Assembly (NCBI GenBank): GCA_905236045.1
Contig: CAJOOG010000078.1
Location: forward strand, 36,099 to 100,098
Direction of reading: 5' to 3'
Length of the DNA stretch: 64,000 nt
Origin: an uncultured Denitrobacterium sp.
Lineage (GTDB): Bacteria; Actinomycetota; Coriobacteriia; Coriobacteriales; Eggerthellaceae
Positions 63,780 to 64,000 of this stretch are shown here, piece by piece (position 1 is the stretch's first letter; every line of letters begins with the position of its first letter). Made by a program: the position numbers and the translations under genes. The notes under the pieces were generated by a model. It was not told where the DNA came from. It worked only from the letters and a program-made list of their open reading frames with translations, and made no database searches.

Positions 63780-64000
63780 ATGGCCGCCCAGAATCCAGTC
63801 GTCCAACGCTTCGCCGCCATAGACATAGGCACCTGCACGTGTCGATTGCTCGTGGCGGATGTGGGGGACGGAGGCCTCGAAGAGGTGCATCGCCGCTGCG
63901 AGATAGTCAACCTGGGCGAAGGCGTGGATGCCTCGGGGGTCCTCGCGCCCGAGGCGATGCAGCGCACGCGCGACATGATCGCATCCTACCGGGAAGACAT
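63780..64000 (+). CDS. Ppx/GppA family phosphatase, N-terminal fragment (continues beyond the window)
   Basis: MAAQNPVVQRFAAIDIGTCTCRLLVADV... matches the Ppx/GppA N-terminal ASKHA phosphate-binding motif. Confidence 0.7.
   Translation, partial: MAAQNPVVQRFAAIDIGTCTCRLLVADVGDGGLEEVHRRCEIVNLGEGVDASGVLAPEAMQRTRDMIASYRED

Overview
Visibly GC-rich chromosomal segment of a monoderm bacterium. My guess is Actinomycetota, Coriobacteriia/Eggerthellaceae-like, inferred only from gene content; no database search was possible. All domain calls come from motifs read by eye. Bases ~2.4-27.3 kb hold a complete type IV pilus (T4P) locus in two convergent operons. The plus strand carries an acidic small protein, then pilD-pilM-pilN-pilO. 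The minus strand carries one promoter followed by a PilX-like gene, three prepilin-type genes (one a 790-aa modular pilin with GLUG repeats), a 3,970-aa secreted beta-helix protein with no cell-wall anchor, pilB (intact tandem MshEN c-di-GMP motif), pilT and pilC, then a separately promoted 128-aa major prepilin. The five genes from the PilX-like gene to the giant ORF overlap or lie 2 nt apart. This makes the giant protein a candidate pilus-presented adhesin, which is the most interesting object in the window. Next to the locus sit a YdjC/ChbG-like deacetylase, a GT2 glycosyltransferase and a YfhO-family membrane protein, then tRNA-Lys(UUU). The rest is mostly housekeeping:
- infA-rpmJ-rpsM-rpsK-rpsD-rpoA-rplQ, with an acidic tail on L17
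- molybdenum cofactor genes moeA/mog and moaA/moaC
- a solitary ecfT, family-4 UDG, alr, a VanW protein and a PRC-barrel protein
- a short HipA_C-like kinase, apt and a Tat-lipoprotein tannase-like esterase
- an OmpR/HK two-component pair, coaX and fhs
- bioY with a BirA-type operator, and a MATE exporter
- a GGDEF / XRE-HTH / membrane Ser-Thr kinase / zinc-ribbon cluster
- yebC, an FtsB/DivIC-like gene and the start of a Ppx/GppA gene
No CRISPR array, integrase, transposase or rRNA was seen. Many long ORFs in the supplied track are antisense or out-of-frame shadows typical of GC-rich DNA and were rejected.
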